The notes under the pieces were generated by a model. The model was not told the DNA's origin and ran no database searches. It was given only the letters and a program-made list of their open reading frames with translations. From Candidatus Poribacteria bacterium (lineage in GTDB: Bacteria; Poribacteria; WGA-4E; UBA9662), in assembly GCA_046582655.1 (NCBI GenBank), contig JAYGDX010000014.1, forward strand, positions 1-64,000: a stretch of 64,000 bases of DNA, read 5' to 3'. The stretch's first letter is position 1, and each line of letters opens with the position of its first letter. Shown here piece by piece: positions 41,280 to 52,075 of this stretch. Position numbers and translations under genes: made by a program.

Positions 41280-42035
41280 TCATTTCCTTTTGAGATTGGC
41301 CCACACAGTTGGCAGTTTTCCAGCCTTATCTACACGTAAGGCTCCCTCAAACCCTTTTGTAAAGATATCATTAACTTCATCTGCTGTAACCGCACGGCTA
41401 AAAAAGATAGCTTCATCAATCGAGCAAGCCGAAACCCAACCGCCTTTGTCGGTCGCTAGCCAAGCAGTTTGGGGTTGGTCAGCAAGTTCAAACTTTGGTA
41501 CATCTTGCGATACTTTTTCTTTCCCATCGATGTAGATCTTTGCCTTCTTGCCGTCGTACACGTTGGCCACGTGATACCATTGATCCTTTTTAGCTTGTAC
41601 CCCGCTGGCAATATTCCAGTTGTTGCTCCAGCAGCGTAACATATTCCCAGCATCCTTATAAGGCACAAGCCGATTGTTGCTTTGATCCCAAGCAGAAAAG
41701 TAATTTTGTTGCGCACCCACATCAGTAAACAGAATCCACATGATAACGCTAGCTTTGTTTCTCATGGATCCCTTACCGAGAGGAATGGTAACAGTATCCC
41801 CCTTTTTGAATTCAATTGCACCACCGAATTTCCCTTTGATCCACTTGCCCCCTTTAAGCTCACCATCATAATTATTGGGCCCAGAGTCCTCGGAAATTTT
41901 GCCTGATCCCTCATCTAAGAGCCAAACACCGATATTCTCTTTCAAGCTCAGCGCGCCTTCCGCTTGTCCTACGAGTAGCAAGACCGAGATTGGGAGTAGA
42001 AGTATCCAGAGACATTTCCTAGATTCAAAAAATAT
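41280..42035 (-). CDS. Secreted LamG-like protein with C-terminal tail; probable ATA start at 42035 (track start TTG 41981)
   Basis: VWLLDEGSG, GKFGGA, WYHVANVYDG..IYIDG, VDKAGKLPTVWANLK; frame open upstream to a complete signal peptide. Confidence 0.8.
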   Translation of the reverse strand: MFFESRKCLWILLLPISVLLLVGQAEGALSLKENIGVWLLDEGSGKISEDSGPNNYDGELKGGKWIKGKFGGAIEFKKGDTVTIPLGKGSMRNKASVIMWILFTDVGAQQNYFSAWDQSNNRLVPYKDAGNMLRCWSNNWNIASGVQAKKDQWYHVANVYDGKKAKIYIDGKEKVSQDVPKFELADQPQTAWLATDKGGWVSACSIDEAIFFSRAVTADEVNDIFTKGFEGALRVDKAGKLPTVWANLKRK

Positions 42036-42149
42036 GATATTCCCCTATAATTTTTCGTGAAATCGCCTGAAAAAACGAAAAATTACATAGTTTGCTCTTT
42101 TAGTAAAACTACCTGACGGTATTTGCGTTTGACTGCCAAGATTCCGCAT

Positions 42150-42312
42150 TTAGGTGCTTAATATAGCTGCGGTTTCTACCTCATCCAACCACACACGTTT
42201 ACTACTATTACTAGCCGAACGATGCACCGCGGCTTCGAACACTAACTCGTTCCAAGCAGCATCCCCATCGGCTGGAAATGGTTGATCTTTGAGCATCGAC
42301 TGTATGACGCCA
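42150..42312 (-). pseudogene. C-terminal remnant of a probable Gfo/Idh/MocA oxidoreductase
   Basis: QPFPADGDAAWNELVFEAAVHRSA...RVWLDEV resembles the Gfo/Idh/MocA C-terminal helix; no 5' part. Confidence 0.45.
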
Positions 42313-42852
42313 TTCGCCATGTACGGTACCAGCATCTTGCATGGAGGGTGTGCTTCTCGACCAGGTATGTGTCTTATCCTGCCATTATAGGGCGTTGGAT
42401 TGACCAACCGATTATTAATCTCGGTTTCTCAGGGAACGGGCAGGCAGAGCCGGAGATGGCTAAGCTCCTCGCCGAACTCGATCCCGCTGTGGTATATCTT
42501 GGACTACTGTCCGAACGTCAACGCAAACGGAATTCGTGAGCGTACCGAGCCGTTTGTGCAAACACTACGCAACGCCCATCCCTACACGCCTATCGTTCTC
42601 GTGGAGAACATCACCTATCAGAAACACCTCTTCGTGCAATCTGCCCGCGACAGCACAGATGAGAAAAACGAGGAGCTGCACTCAGCTTATAATCGTCTTA
42701 GGCAAGCGGGCGTGAAGCATTTGCTGTATATCCCAGGCGAACGACTACTCGGAGATGATGGAGAAGGCACCGTCGACGGAGTCCACCCTACAGATGTAGG
42801 ATTCATGAGAATGGCGAAAACCATCGGTCCCGTGATCGAGGCGCTTCTCTAA
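42313..42852 (+). pseudogene. 5'-truncated, frameshifted SGNH/GDSL hydrolase
   Basis: YGTSILHGGCASRPGM / YPAII...NLGFSGNG / YILDYCPN...DGVHPTDVG spread across frames. Confidence 0.8.
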
Positions 42853-43022
42853 TTGGTATCTAGCCTGAATATTTTAGGTGGAGCCACACTTCTAGATTTG
42901 GCTAAAATTAAAAACCGTAAGTTGCTGACCGCTAAAGTATTGAAAGTCGAAAATCCGAAACATATTCTTCCAATGTTAGACCCACAACCAACATAGTTCA
43001 TAGTTGTCCGGTTCATTAAGGT

Positions 43023-45275
43023 CTAATGATTAAACGTAAACTCTGTCGAGTTAAGCAGGCTCCACAAGATGTCTTCGTAGACAGAGGAATCCTTCGTGTC
43101 ATCGCCCATGAGTTCTCTGAAGCCTTCTACTTCCTCGCTGGTGGGCCGGCGGCTGAGCGTGTGGATGAAGAGTTCCTCAATTACTTCCTCGGTTGTTCCC
43201 TTTGATTGCATGAATTGCTTCACCTTACCGCCAGCGGCGAGACGGTCTTGCAGGGTATCGCCGACGGCCATGTGGAGTGCCTGCGAAAGGGTTGGCTCTT
43301 TCTTCGTTTCACAGGCACAGATCGTCGCCCGACTGGAACGACCGAAGGTTTTGAAGAACTCATCACCGAATCGCGGGCCTTCGCTGTCGCCGCTCACACG
43401 CGGGTAGTAGTCAATTGCTCGCGTGCCCTCGGGGAATCCTGGAAACCGTCGCGTAACCCCAGTGACGGCCACAACTGAGTCCATCAGCACGTCAGCTCGC
43501 AAGCGGCGCAGATGGGCATGGGAGAATTGCCGTGTATCTCGTTTGTTTGAAGCGTTGGGTTTGGCACTGAGTTGATAGACACGCGAGTTGCAAATGTTGC
43601 GCACGAGACTCCGCAAATCAAACCCCGAATCCACCAGATGCTTCGACAATGCATCGATTAGCGGGCCATTCACTGGTGGATTGCTCACTCGCACGTCGTC
43701 TACCGGTTCAATAATTCCGCGGCCCAGCAATTGTGCCCAGATGCGGTTGGCAAGGTTGCGACTGAACAGCTCATTTTTTGGAGACGTCAGCCACTTGGCC
43801 AGTGCTTTGCGGGGATCTCCATCCCCTTCAACTGGTTCGATCGCACCGAGTACCTTGGCTGGCATCGGTCGACCATCAACCTTGTGGTTGGCAGGTGGAG
43901 CTGAGGTGTCATAGTAAATTCGTCGTTCTCGAGGCTCGACACCGGGTTTTCGCCGCATGCCGGTGAAAAAACTGACGAAACCGTAGTAGTCGCTCATCGT
44001 CCAACGGTCAAATGGGTGGTTGTGGCATTCGGCACACTGAATTTGAACGCCGAGGAACACCTGCGAAAAGTCAGCTGCTAAAGCCTTCGGATCGATCCTC
44101 GGTTTGTGGACCATCATTGTATAGAGGTTCACAGGGCCATTCATTAGGTTACTGCCAGACGAGTCCACCATTTCCGCCACGAACTCGTTGAGCGGCCGGC
44201 CGGAACGCATCTGCCGGCGGATCCATTCATAAAATGCCTCCGCCGCCTTGACGTGGGTGGCGACTGGGGCATAGTTCCCCCCAATAATCCGCAATTGCTC
44301 ACCCCACAATGCCGTCCAGAGGTCAGCGAAGGCGTTATCCTTCAGCAGGTCGTCGATCTCACGCGAGCGTTTGTCCGATCGGGAGTCTTCCATAAAAGTG
44401 TGGTATTCTTCGCTTGTGGGTGGCCGACCAACAAGATCGAGCGTGACGCGACGCAGAAAGGTTTCGTCATCACACAACTCCGAGGGAACGATACGGAGTT
44501 TCTGTAACCGATCAAATACCAGCGTGTCAATGTAGTTGACTACTGGTGGGTTCGGCCAAGTGAATCCGTCCATTTGTGGAAGCACGATGACTTCCGCTCC
44601 GACGGTGAACCTGCTGAAGCGGGCGAAAACATGCGTGTCACCCGGTCCGACAGCCGTCACGCGGCCATGCTCATCGATCGTTGCCACGCTTATGTTGTTG
44701 CTGTGGAATCGAGCCAATGACGTGACATCATCCGAAGATCCGTTGTCTGCCTTTGCTGTTACCCCCAACATCGCCTTGGTACCAATCTCTTCAAACACAA
44801 AACGATTCTTCGATAACACGATCTCGACAGTATCGGGAACCAGACCGAGGTCATCTGGTGCCCCCGATTCGATCCAGCGAAGCAGTGTCTGATAGTATTC
44901 ACTGTCCTGATCAAAACGCTTACCCCCGGTGTGTGGGACCGCGCCAACAGCCTTTTGCAATAGCAGGCTCTGCTCCGGAACGGCCGTGTTCACGCGACGT
45001 CCAATCATCTCCTGGGTAATCCGGAAGTAATCGCCTTTCGGATCATAACCGAATAGCGAAAGCATAAAGCCGTCCTTACCTCGCGCGGAACCGTGACACG
45101 TGCCAGCATTACAACCAGCGCGGAATAAGACAGGCATTACGTTCCGACGGAAGCTCAGCGTAGAAGATGATCCATCGTCGGCAAGAGCATAAAGCGAAAT
45201 CACGAAACTGGCAAAAACGGAGGCCACAAGCCTGCGTATCTTTATCATCCTATGGAAAGTATCGTTGAACGTCAT
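43023..45275 (-). CDS. DUF1549/DUF1553 (PSD1, planctomycete cytochrome c-like) protein with Ig-like domain
   Basis: GCNAGTCHG, FLRRVTLDL, QCAECHNHPF, NLANRIW...GRGIIEPVDD, EDILWSLLNSTEFTFNH. Confidence 0.92.
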   Translation of the reverse strand: MTFNDTFHRMIKIRRLVASVFASFVISLYALADDGSSSTLSFRRNVMPVLFRAGCNAGTCHGSARGKDGFMLSLFGYDPKGDYFRITQEMIGRRVNTAVPEQSLLLQKAVGAVPHTGGKRFDQDSEYYQTLLRWIESGAPDDLGLVPDTVEIVLSKNRFVFEEIGTKAMLGVTAKADNGSSDDVTSLARFHSNNISVATIDEHGRVTAVGPGDTHVFARFSRFTVGAEVIVLPQMDGFTWPNPPVVNYIDTLVFDRLQKLRIVPSELCDDETFLRRVTLDLVGRPPTSEEYHTFMEDSRSDKRSREIDDLLKDNAFADLWTALWGEQLRIIGGNYAPVATHVKAAEAFYEWIRRQMRSGRPLNEFVAEMVDSSGSNLMNGPVNLYTMMVHKPRIDPKALAADFSQVFLGVQIQCAECHNHPFDRWTMSDYYGFVSFFTGMRRKPGVEPRERRIYYDTSAPPANHKVDGRPMPAKVLGAIEPVEGDGDPRKALAKWLTSPKNELFSRNLANRIWAQLLGRGIIEPVDDVRVSNPPVNGPLIDALSKHLVDSGFDLRSLVRNICNSRVYQLSAKPNASNKRDTRQFSHAHLRRLRADVLMDSVVAVTGVTRRFPGFPEGTRAIDYYPRVSGDSEGPRFGDEFFKTFGRSSRATICACETKKEPTLSQALHMAVGDTLQDRLAAGGKVKQFMQSKGTTEEVIEELFIHTLSRRPTSEEVEGFRELMGDDTKDSSVYEDILWSLLNSTEFTFNH

Positions 45276-45325
45276 AGTTCCAATCCTTTGTCTGATCGAA
45301 GTTGAGTTTCTTACCTTGTGCGTGT

Positions 45326-47824
45326 TTATAGCTTTGGATCAATCCGTAGAGTACCGTTTCCTGTCCGCTGGAGGATCTCCTGTCCGCCAGCCTCGACAAC
45401 CACTTCGCACGACAGTCCACCGACACGCCCAAGTAGAGCCTCATTGGTTGCCTCGACTTGAAATGCAATTTCCTTTAAGTGCTTTGTCAGGATGGGAAGA
45501 GGACCAACTAGATTAACACCCTTTGGCAGACCAACGAGTTTCACGCGTGCTTTTCCTTCAAACGGACTTTTGTGGTGTACGGTCCAGACGAACTGCTTGC
45601 GTTGGCCCCGACGGATGCTCTCCGGCTGGCTGGTCAGTTCGACGTACGATTCCGCAATGGTCAGATTGACGATCTCGGAGGACACACGAACATGACCTGT
45701 GCCGACATAATCGCTGAAGTCTTCTCGTACGGTACTGGCGACGACGACGAGGGGCGAGACACCGAGTGGTGCCCCTGCCTGCGCGGAGATGCGTAGGACG
45801 GCTTCGCTCTGGCCTGACGGGATTGTTTCGTTGGGGGGAACACCGATACCTGGCGGTCTCCAGTCGCATCGAAACTGGACTGGCTGGTTGAAGCCTTCAT
45901 GACGGCTGATCTTTACGGGAATGGTCAGCTCGCCACCGCGGACGAGTGGCACGGATGGCGGCGTGACGTCGATGGTAAACGGCGCCGGTTCGGTGACACC
46001 CAGCACGAAGCAGTCGAGCCGGACCGTTCTCCATGCGTCGCCACCTGGATGATTGATGAATGGGATGTTCTGCTGCGACCTGCTTTCGATCATGTGGGAG
46101 GAATCAACTGGTGTGGCCTCTAGTGTGATCAAAGCTCCGCCCAGTGAGGCCAATTGATCGGCGACAAACTGCACGGGCCAGAGTTTTGCACCGGAGGGAA
46201 CTGTTGGCGAGACAGATCGAACACCTTCCGGTAGTCCGTGGGCTACGATGTTCAACTCCCCACGATATGTGTTCCCCTGTCCCGGTAGTAGACTCACGTT
46301 GACGGTCCAGCGGTTGCCTTGTGGGACGGCGAGGCTGCTGGTTCGCGGGCATTCCATCCAGTCATTAGCCCGACTGACCAGAATCGTGTGAACCGCGTCC
46401 CGAGGGGGGGCAATCTCTACGCGGTAGATTCCAATGGGACCACCAGCATCGCTAGTATCCTCGACCTCGAGCAGATAGTCGTTATCAGCCGTCGGTTCCC
46501 AGATTACAGAAGGATCAAGGACCTCCTTCAGGCCCCCTCCTCCACGGAAGGACGTGCCGAAGATATCGTGTTCGGGGAGTTTGGCATCGTCCATTTCCAG
46601 TTCGATAGGACCGGGGCTACCCTCAGAGTTAATTGAGCGAATACGGATCTTTGGATCAATCGGCGAGCCCAGCGCCGCAGCGAACACGCGGATCTGCAGG
46701 CGATCGCCCTTATTTGCCGAGAACCGAAACACGTCAATATCGCCAGCTTGGTCGATGATGCCATTCAGCACTGTGGGAAGCTGGTCGACGCGAGTTTCCA
46801 ATGCCGCCTTATTCTCCAAGACGTTCGGATATGGACTCGATTGCAGCGACAGCGATGAAGGGGCATCACTGAAATATTCGAATAGGCCGGTTGTGTTTGG
46901 TATGCCGATGGTTTCTTCATAATCGCCTGCTGGATCGCCGAGCAGGGTGATAATCTGTTTGGTACCTGCCTGACCTCCGGGTGGGTATGCAACCAGCGGG
47001 CGGCGGTTCTGGCCGATGTGCAGGCAATAGATGGTGTCCCGAGGAGCAAAGACCGAACGTTTCACTTCGATGTACACCAGGCCATCGTAAGGCAGGTTGA
47101 GCGAGACTACCGGATCCTGAAGATGCAGTGGGTTATCGTCGTTGGCCGCCAGCTCCCGGCCAGATTCATCAAGGATCCGGACAGCGAGGTCAAATTCCGA
47201 GTCTCCATAGTGGTTGTGGGAAATTCGAACGGAATCAACTTCGACGGACAGTCGCTGCCCCACCTTTGCGGAAACACGGAATAGGTCTACCTCTCCGCGT
47301 GATCCGGAACCAAGTCGACCTTGAACGGTCACGTTCGGCAAAACAGGAAAAGCCTTCTCAAGTGTGTTGTTTGCGTCAGATGCCTTTCTGCTTTCGTCGA
47401 TGACTGGGAAGGGTGTGACATGAAAAGTACCGAGCGACGAGATTTCAGTGCCGAATCGGATGCGAAACGGATGCTCACCAAGTGGGCAATTAGGCTCAAT
47501 CTCGAATCTGCATTTGATTTGCTCTTTGATGAAGGCGCTGTGCGCTAATCCGATGCGGCGAGGTAGATCCGGTAGCTTTTCGAATCCGACCGCCTGAATA
47601 CCTGGTCGAAAGAAGATAATCTCGCGCGGCTTTTCGATAACAGCCCCTTGGATCGTCACTTCAACCGTCGTGCCCCGTTGCCCAACTCGCGGAAGCGTTC
47701 GCTCGATGTGGTACGGTCCTATGGCGTGTGTAACAACGGTTAGTAGTAAGGTAAGGAGGAGCAGAACAAATGAGTTGAGGAGTAAAACCTCAAATCCCGT
47801 TGGGACAACAGTCACTCGATTCAT
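45326..47824 (-). CDS. PPC-domain secreted protein of the planctomycete cassette
   Basis: Signal peptide from MNRVTVV, PRVGQRGTTVEV, ELAANDD, YPPGGQAG, LNGII...DVFRF. Confidence 0.85.
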   Translation of the reverse strand: MNRVTVVPTGFEVLLLNSFVLLLLTLLLTVVTHAIGPYHIERTLPRVGQRGTTVEVTIQGAVIEKPREIIFFRPGIQAVGFEKLPDLPRRIGLAHSAFIKEQIKCRFEIEPNCPLGEHPFRIRFGTEISSLGTFHVTPFPVIDESRKASDANNTLEKAFPVLPNVTVQGRLGSGSRGEVDLFRVSAKVGQRLSVEVDSVRISHNHYGDSEFDLAVRILDESGRELAANDDNPLHLQDPVVSLNLPYDGLVYIEVKRSVFAPRDTIYCLHIGQNRRPLVAYPPGGQAGTKQIITLLGDPAGDYEETIGIPNTTGLFEYFSDAPSSLSLQSSPYPNVLENKAALETRVDQLPTVLNGIIDQAGDIDVFRFSANKGDRLQIRVFAAALGSPIDPKIRIRSINSEGSPGPIELEMDDAKLPEHDIFGTSFRGGGGLKEVLDPSVIWEPTADNDYLLEVEDTSDAGGPIGIYRVEIAPPRDAVHTILVSRANDWMECPRTSSLAVPQGNRWTVNVSLLPGQGNTYRGELNIVAHGLPEGVRSVSPTVPSGAKLWPVQFVADQLASLGGALITLEATPVDSSHMIESRSQQNIPFINHPGGDAWRTVRLDCFVLGVTEPAPFTIDVTPPSVPLVRGGELTIPVKISRHEGFNQPVQFRCDWRPPGIGVPPNETIPSGQSEAVLRISAQAGAPLGVSPLVVVASTVREDFSDYVGTGHVRVSSEIVNLTIAESYVELTSQPESIRRGQRKQFVWTVHHKSPFEGKARVKLVGLPKGVNLVGPLPILTKHLKEIAFQVEATNEALLGRVGGLSCEVVVEAGGQEILQRTGNGTLRIDPKL

Positions 47825-47864
47825 TTCTTTACGCCTATTTCCCCATACTTGGAAGGCTGCGACT

Positions 47865-49265
47865 TTAAGCGAGTAAGCCTTCCACCAGCTTGCCGTTCTT
47901 GATAATCTCAATTGGCCGTGTGCCAAACGCAACCAGTTCCTTGTTAGCGTCGATGCCAAGTTGATGATAGATTGTGAAGAGGAGGTGTTCCAGTGGGACA
48001 GCGTCCCGAGCGGGTTCCGCAGCTGTTGCATCGCTGGCTCCATAAATGAGCCCCGGAGCAAAGCCACCTCCGGCCAGCAATAGCGAATAGCACCGTGCCC
48101 AGTGGTCACGGCCGCTTGTAGCATTTACCTTGGGTGTGCGGCCAAACTCGGTTGTCACCCAAAACAGTGTTGTTTTGAGAAGACCACGCTGTTCCAAGTC
48201 CGTGACGATGCCCGCAATAGCATGATCGAGTGCGGGCATCTGGTCGAGACAGTTCCTCTTCACATCGACATGCGCATCCCACGCGCCGTAGTTTACCGTT
48301 ACAAACCGTACCCCGGACTCCACCAGTCGGCGTGCGACGATCAGCCGCTCAGCCAGTCCCTTGGGATGATATCTGTTATCCGGCCCTTTTAGGCCTACAA
48401 CATGGCTTCCGTAGAGCTTCTTCGTCTCGTCGGTTTCCCCTTCGAGCGTAAACGCTCTCTGGGCTTTCTCTGATGTGAGCAGGGCATAGGCTCGCTGGTA
48501 GAAATCGTCCATCGTGTCGAGAGTGGTTGGGTCGGCCTCCAGTTTTCGGATTCGTTTTTCGACGATCTGACGAGCCGTTTGGCGACGGTCGAACCGTTCT
48601 AAGGACACACCATCTGGAATGGAAAAGTCACGCACTTTATAGCTGCGACCACCCGGGTCGGAGTTGATCTCGAACGGGCCGTAGGTGCTGCTCAGAAAGC
48701 CTGTTCCACCTGCGTAAGCATTCTTGTTCGGAATGGCGATGTAGGGAGGCAGCTCGCCTCGTGAGCCAAGTTCGTGCGAAACGATCGATCCCATTTGTGG
48801 ATAATCAATGACAGCCGTCGGCGTGTATCCAGTGAAGAGATGATAGGTGGCTAGCCCATGGTCTGGGATGCGACCTACGATGCTTCGCACTATAGTCACC
48901 TTGTCGGCGATTCTTGCGGTCTCTGGAAAATTATCGCTGAAGACGTCGCCGTTTTTCGTCTTCGTCACGCCGAATGAGCCTCGGTATTCCACTGGCGCTT
49001 CAGGCTTAGGATCAAACGACTCCTGCTGGGGCATGCCTCCACCCAAATGGAGCTGAATCACACTCAGCGCCTTAGACTCGAGTTTCCCAGCCCGGAATGC
49101 AGAGAAAGCTTTACCGCCAAACGCTTCAAGGCGAAACATGTCCCCCATCGAGAGACCAAGTGCCCCGCAAATTCCTGCCTTAATCACCTGTCGTCGCGAC
49201 ATCGCCCGGAATCCAGCACAGCCAGCACGGTTTATTCGGTTTTGGTTCATTAAGGGTATTTTCAT
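47865..49265 (-). CDS. DUF1501 protein with Tat-like signal
   Basis: [47 protein letters not shown]. Confidence 0.92.
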   Translation of the reverse strand: MKIPLMNQNRINRAGCAGFRAMSRRQVIKAGICGALGLSMGDMFRLEAFGGKAFSAFRAGKLESKALSVIQLHLGGGMPQQESFDPKPEAPVEYRGSFGVTKTKNGDVFSDNFPETARIADKVTIVRSIVGRIPDHGLATYHLFTGYTPTAVIDYPQMGSIVSHELGSRGELPPYIAIPNKNAYAGGTGFLSSTYGPFEINSDPGGRSYKVRDFSIPDGVSLERFDRRQTARQIVEKRIRKLEADPTTLDTMDDFYQRAYALLTSEKAQRAFTLEGETDETKKLYGSHVVGLKGPDNRYHPKGLAERLIVARRLVESGVRFVTVNYGAWDAHVDVKRNCLDQMPALDHAIAGIVTDLEQRGLLKTTLFWVTTEFGRTPKVNATSGRDHWARCYSLLLAGGGFAPGLIYGASDATAAEPARDAVPLEHLLFTIYHQLGIDANKELVAFGTRPIEIIKNGKLVEGLLA

Positions 49266-49315
49266 TTCTTTAGTCTCCCTAGTAGGACGGATTGGATTTC
49301 TAATCAATTTTAACA

Positions 49316-50713
49316 CTACTCTGATTTCCAGAACCGGACGACGCCTCCGCTGTCACCACAGATGACAGTCTTGCCCTCATCTGCGATCGAACTGCTGATC
49401 GGAATTCCGGATTCAATTGTAAAGCTTTTCTTCTGATTTCCGCTAGGATCCCAGAGTCGGACGACCCGGTCTCTCCCTACCGTTACGAGGTTCCCTCCGT
49501 GATCGAAGCGCCCAGCGAGTACACCATTTGGAATACGGCCATAGACACCTTCGGGACGCTGTGGTGGATGGGCGTTAGCCTTGGAGGTGGCGGGGAATCC
49601 ATCGGTTACGTCCCACCAAATTAGGCGACCGTCTTCGCCCATAGAAGCCAAGACTTTGCTGTCGATGCGCCAGTCCAGAGCGCGGACGGCGTCTTTATGC
49701 TCCAAGAGGCTAAGTAGAATGCCGCCATTCTTTGCGTCCCAAAGATGAATCCCTCCAGCACGGTCGGCTGTTGCCAGTTTCGACCCATCTGGGCTGAAGC
49801 CGACGGCAGTGATCCAATCGGTGTGCTTCTCAATCCTGTAGCGCAACGTGCCGTTGGTCGTTGAATAGACTTTGACCACTCGTCCTGAACCACCCAGTGC
49901 AACCAGACGCTGATCCGGGCTGAGATCAGCAGCAAGAACGGCATCGATTTCGTCACCAATTTCGGCCAAGCGTTGTCCCGTTTGGACATCGAAGAGCACC
50001 ACTCGTCCTGATTCGACCGGACGTCCACCAGCCACCATAAGGACGCCGCCGTCGCGGCTGAAGCGAATCACATGGGGTATCCCTTCGGGAAACGCCAGTC
50101 TGCCTAGTTCCTTCTCCGTCTCCGTGTGGATGAGCCGGACATGTTCCTGTGCCGACACCGCCAACAGCGGTGCCCACGGGCTAGTGTCCATCGCGAGAAC
50201 TGGCAACGGACGCTTCACCTGTGGCGTTTTAATCTGGAGCAGATTCTCCGGCATGGGAGACAACCCGCCCAGCCTGATACTTGTAGGGGCAGGCTGAAAT
50301 GTCAGATCCCGTGCTTTCACCATCGACTTACTGCTGGCCGATTCCCTCAGTCCGGTGTCGATCCACCTTTGAATCATCGCGATTTGTTCATCCGGTAGAG
50401 GTGGCTTATAGGGGGGCATTCGGGCATTGTCGTCGGGATCGGTGATTACCTGAAACAGCAAGCTTTGGCTAGATCGCCCAGCGACAACAACTTCGCCTCC
50501 GCTTCCTCCTTTGAGCACATTAGCATAGACTTGCAGGTTAATGCCAGCTTTCTGCTTATCGTCACCATGACATTTCAGGCAGTGCTGTCGGAAAACAGGT
50601 TTGACGTGATCGTCGTAGGTAATTGGCACCTTTTCATCCGTGGCACCTATCGTTAGCAAAATGAAAAGGCTAGCGAAGAAAAGATGCTGAAGAGCAACCA
50701 AACGTGGATCCAT
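49316..50713 (-). CDS. Planctomycete cytochrome c domain plus WD40-repeat protein
   Basis: CLKCHG, MPP...WIDTG, repeats [14 protein letters not shown] and GIHLWD. Confidence 0.9.
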   Translation of the reverse strand: MDPRLVALQHLFFASLFILLTIGATDEKVPITYDDHVKPVFRQHCLKCHGDDKQKAGINLQVYANVLKGGSGGEVVVAGRSSQSLLFQVITDPDDNARMPPYKPPLPDEQIAMIQRWIDTGLRESASSKSMVKARDLTFQPAPTSIRLGGLSPMPENLLQIKTPQVKRPLPVLAMDTSPWAPLLAVSAQEHVRLIHTETEKELGRLAFPEGIPHVIRFSRDGGVLMVAGGRPVESGRVVLFDVQTGQRLAEIGDEIDAVLAADLSPDQRLVALGGSGRVVKVYSTTNGTLRYRIEKHTDWITAVGFSPDGSKLATADRAGGIHLWDAKNGGILLSLLEHKDAVRALDWRIDSKVLASMGEDGRLIWWDVTDGFPATSKANAHPPQRPEGVYGRIPNGVLAGRFDHGGNLVTVGRDRVVRLWDPSGNQKKSFTIESGIPISSSIADEGKTVICGDSGGVVRFWKSE

Positions 50714-50748
50714 GCAGATTTATTTTGCTAGCCCAAGATTTTTATTAC

Positions 50749-50777
50749 ATTATAAATATGCGCCCGATGCTTGTCAA
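50749..50777 (-). promoter_or_regulatory. Consensus sigma70 promoter of the planctomycete-type cassette
   Basis: Perfect TTGACA-17 nt-TATAAT, -10 box 35 nt upstream of ATG 50713. Confidence 0.8.
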
Positions 50778-50947
50778 GGATGTGATTTTCGGTGAGATAT
50801 TTCTTATATCTAGCTATATCTGGAAACTCAAGTAGTATAACAGTGACTTGGAGTTGCAAGATGGAGCGGGATGTTACCAGATTGTGTTCGCTAATCGTGC
50901 GGAACTTTTTAGACCTTGGCAAAAAAACATTAAACAGACAGTAACTT

Positions 50948-51691
50948 TCAATTTCCCCATACGGTAGCGAGTTTGTTCTGCGGATTAACAGCTAATGTCA
51001 TTTCAATACCTTTTCCGGCAAAAGTCGCAATTTCCTCTTTCGTCATAACATGATTAGCCATTAAAAATTCATCAATAACTCCCTTCATAAAGCGACCACC
51101 ACAACAACTATTAGAAATATGAAGTACCGCATCTGTTTGATTCAAAGGGCCAGTTAATTTCTGTGCACCAGCCGGTTTTCCATCAAAATAAAGCTTAGCC
51201 TCTTTCCCATCATATGTGGAAGCGTAGTGATGCCACTGGCCAAATTTGTGCATCGGATGTTCTCCAGCGGCAATCCGCTTCCAACCACCGGTGTTGAGCT
51301 ACAGAGTCATCTCCACCTTGTCACCCACTTTGTGGGCAGCCATGACATACTGCCCTTCTTTTCGTGGCATGCCAACCCACTCTTGAGGGGTAACGTCATC
51401 AATTCTAGCGTAAATTAGAATAGAAAGTGACTCTTCGAAGTTGAAATTATCATTTGATTCCCACTCGATAAATCCATTTTTACTCAACTCGACACCTTTA
51501 CCAAATTTCCCTTCTACCCGTTTTGTCCCACCTTCTAGTTTGCCTTCGTGGTTCTCATCCGAAGCATCTATGACCCTGTCACCTGCTGCTTCCTCAAAGA
51601 GCCACATACCAATAATATCAGCAGAAACCGAAGCATGAAATATTAACAATATTACGACGACTAACAAGAATTGGTTTTTATTTGGTGTCAT
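50948..51691 (-). pseudogene. LamG-like secreted protein with in-frame TAG (51299-51301) and a clipped C-terminal tail
   Basis: Two ORFs in one frame joined by MTL*LNTGGW; ends KLATVWGN* with the expected LK codons out of frame. Confidence 0.8.
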
Positions 51692-52075
51692 TGATTTTCC
51701 CCCTTAAATAGTCCTTTGACTTTTTTTATGGATTAATAAAAGAAAAGGATCACATACTATTTACACTCTTATAGCAATCCACTACAAAATATCATCATGT
51801 ATAAACATTATCAATTATACTCCCTAATTTGGTCTGTTTTGGTGCTCTTGCTACTGATGCTGATTCTGCGGAATCCAGACAGATTTTCAGATATTAGTTT
51901 GATTTTTAGAGGGAAATGGTAGTGTAAAGACCATTTGGATACTTGACTATATAAGCAATCTCCGGTGCATGGTACGTTTTTTGCTACTGGTAATATTGCA
52001 GAACTGATTTGGGGGACTACTCATGTCGTGTATAGCCGATATTCTAGTCCGCCGAGCGACTATTCAGTCAATGCT

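Noticed and set aside
47825..48124. N-terminal 100 aa of the 932-aa ORF in the track
   Set aside because: Overlaps the DUF1501 gene in another frame; the signal peptide begins at ATG 47824
51299..51301. In-frame TAG as pyrrolysine or stop-codon reassignment
   Set aside because: Many intact genes here end in TAG, the context fits TGG-to-TAG, a second lesion is present, and no pyl genes are visible
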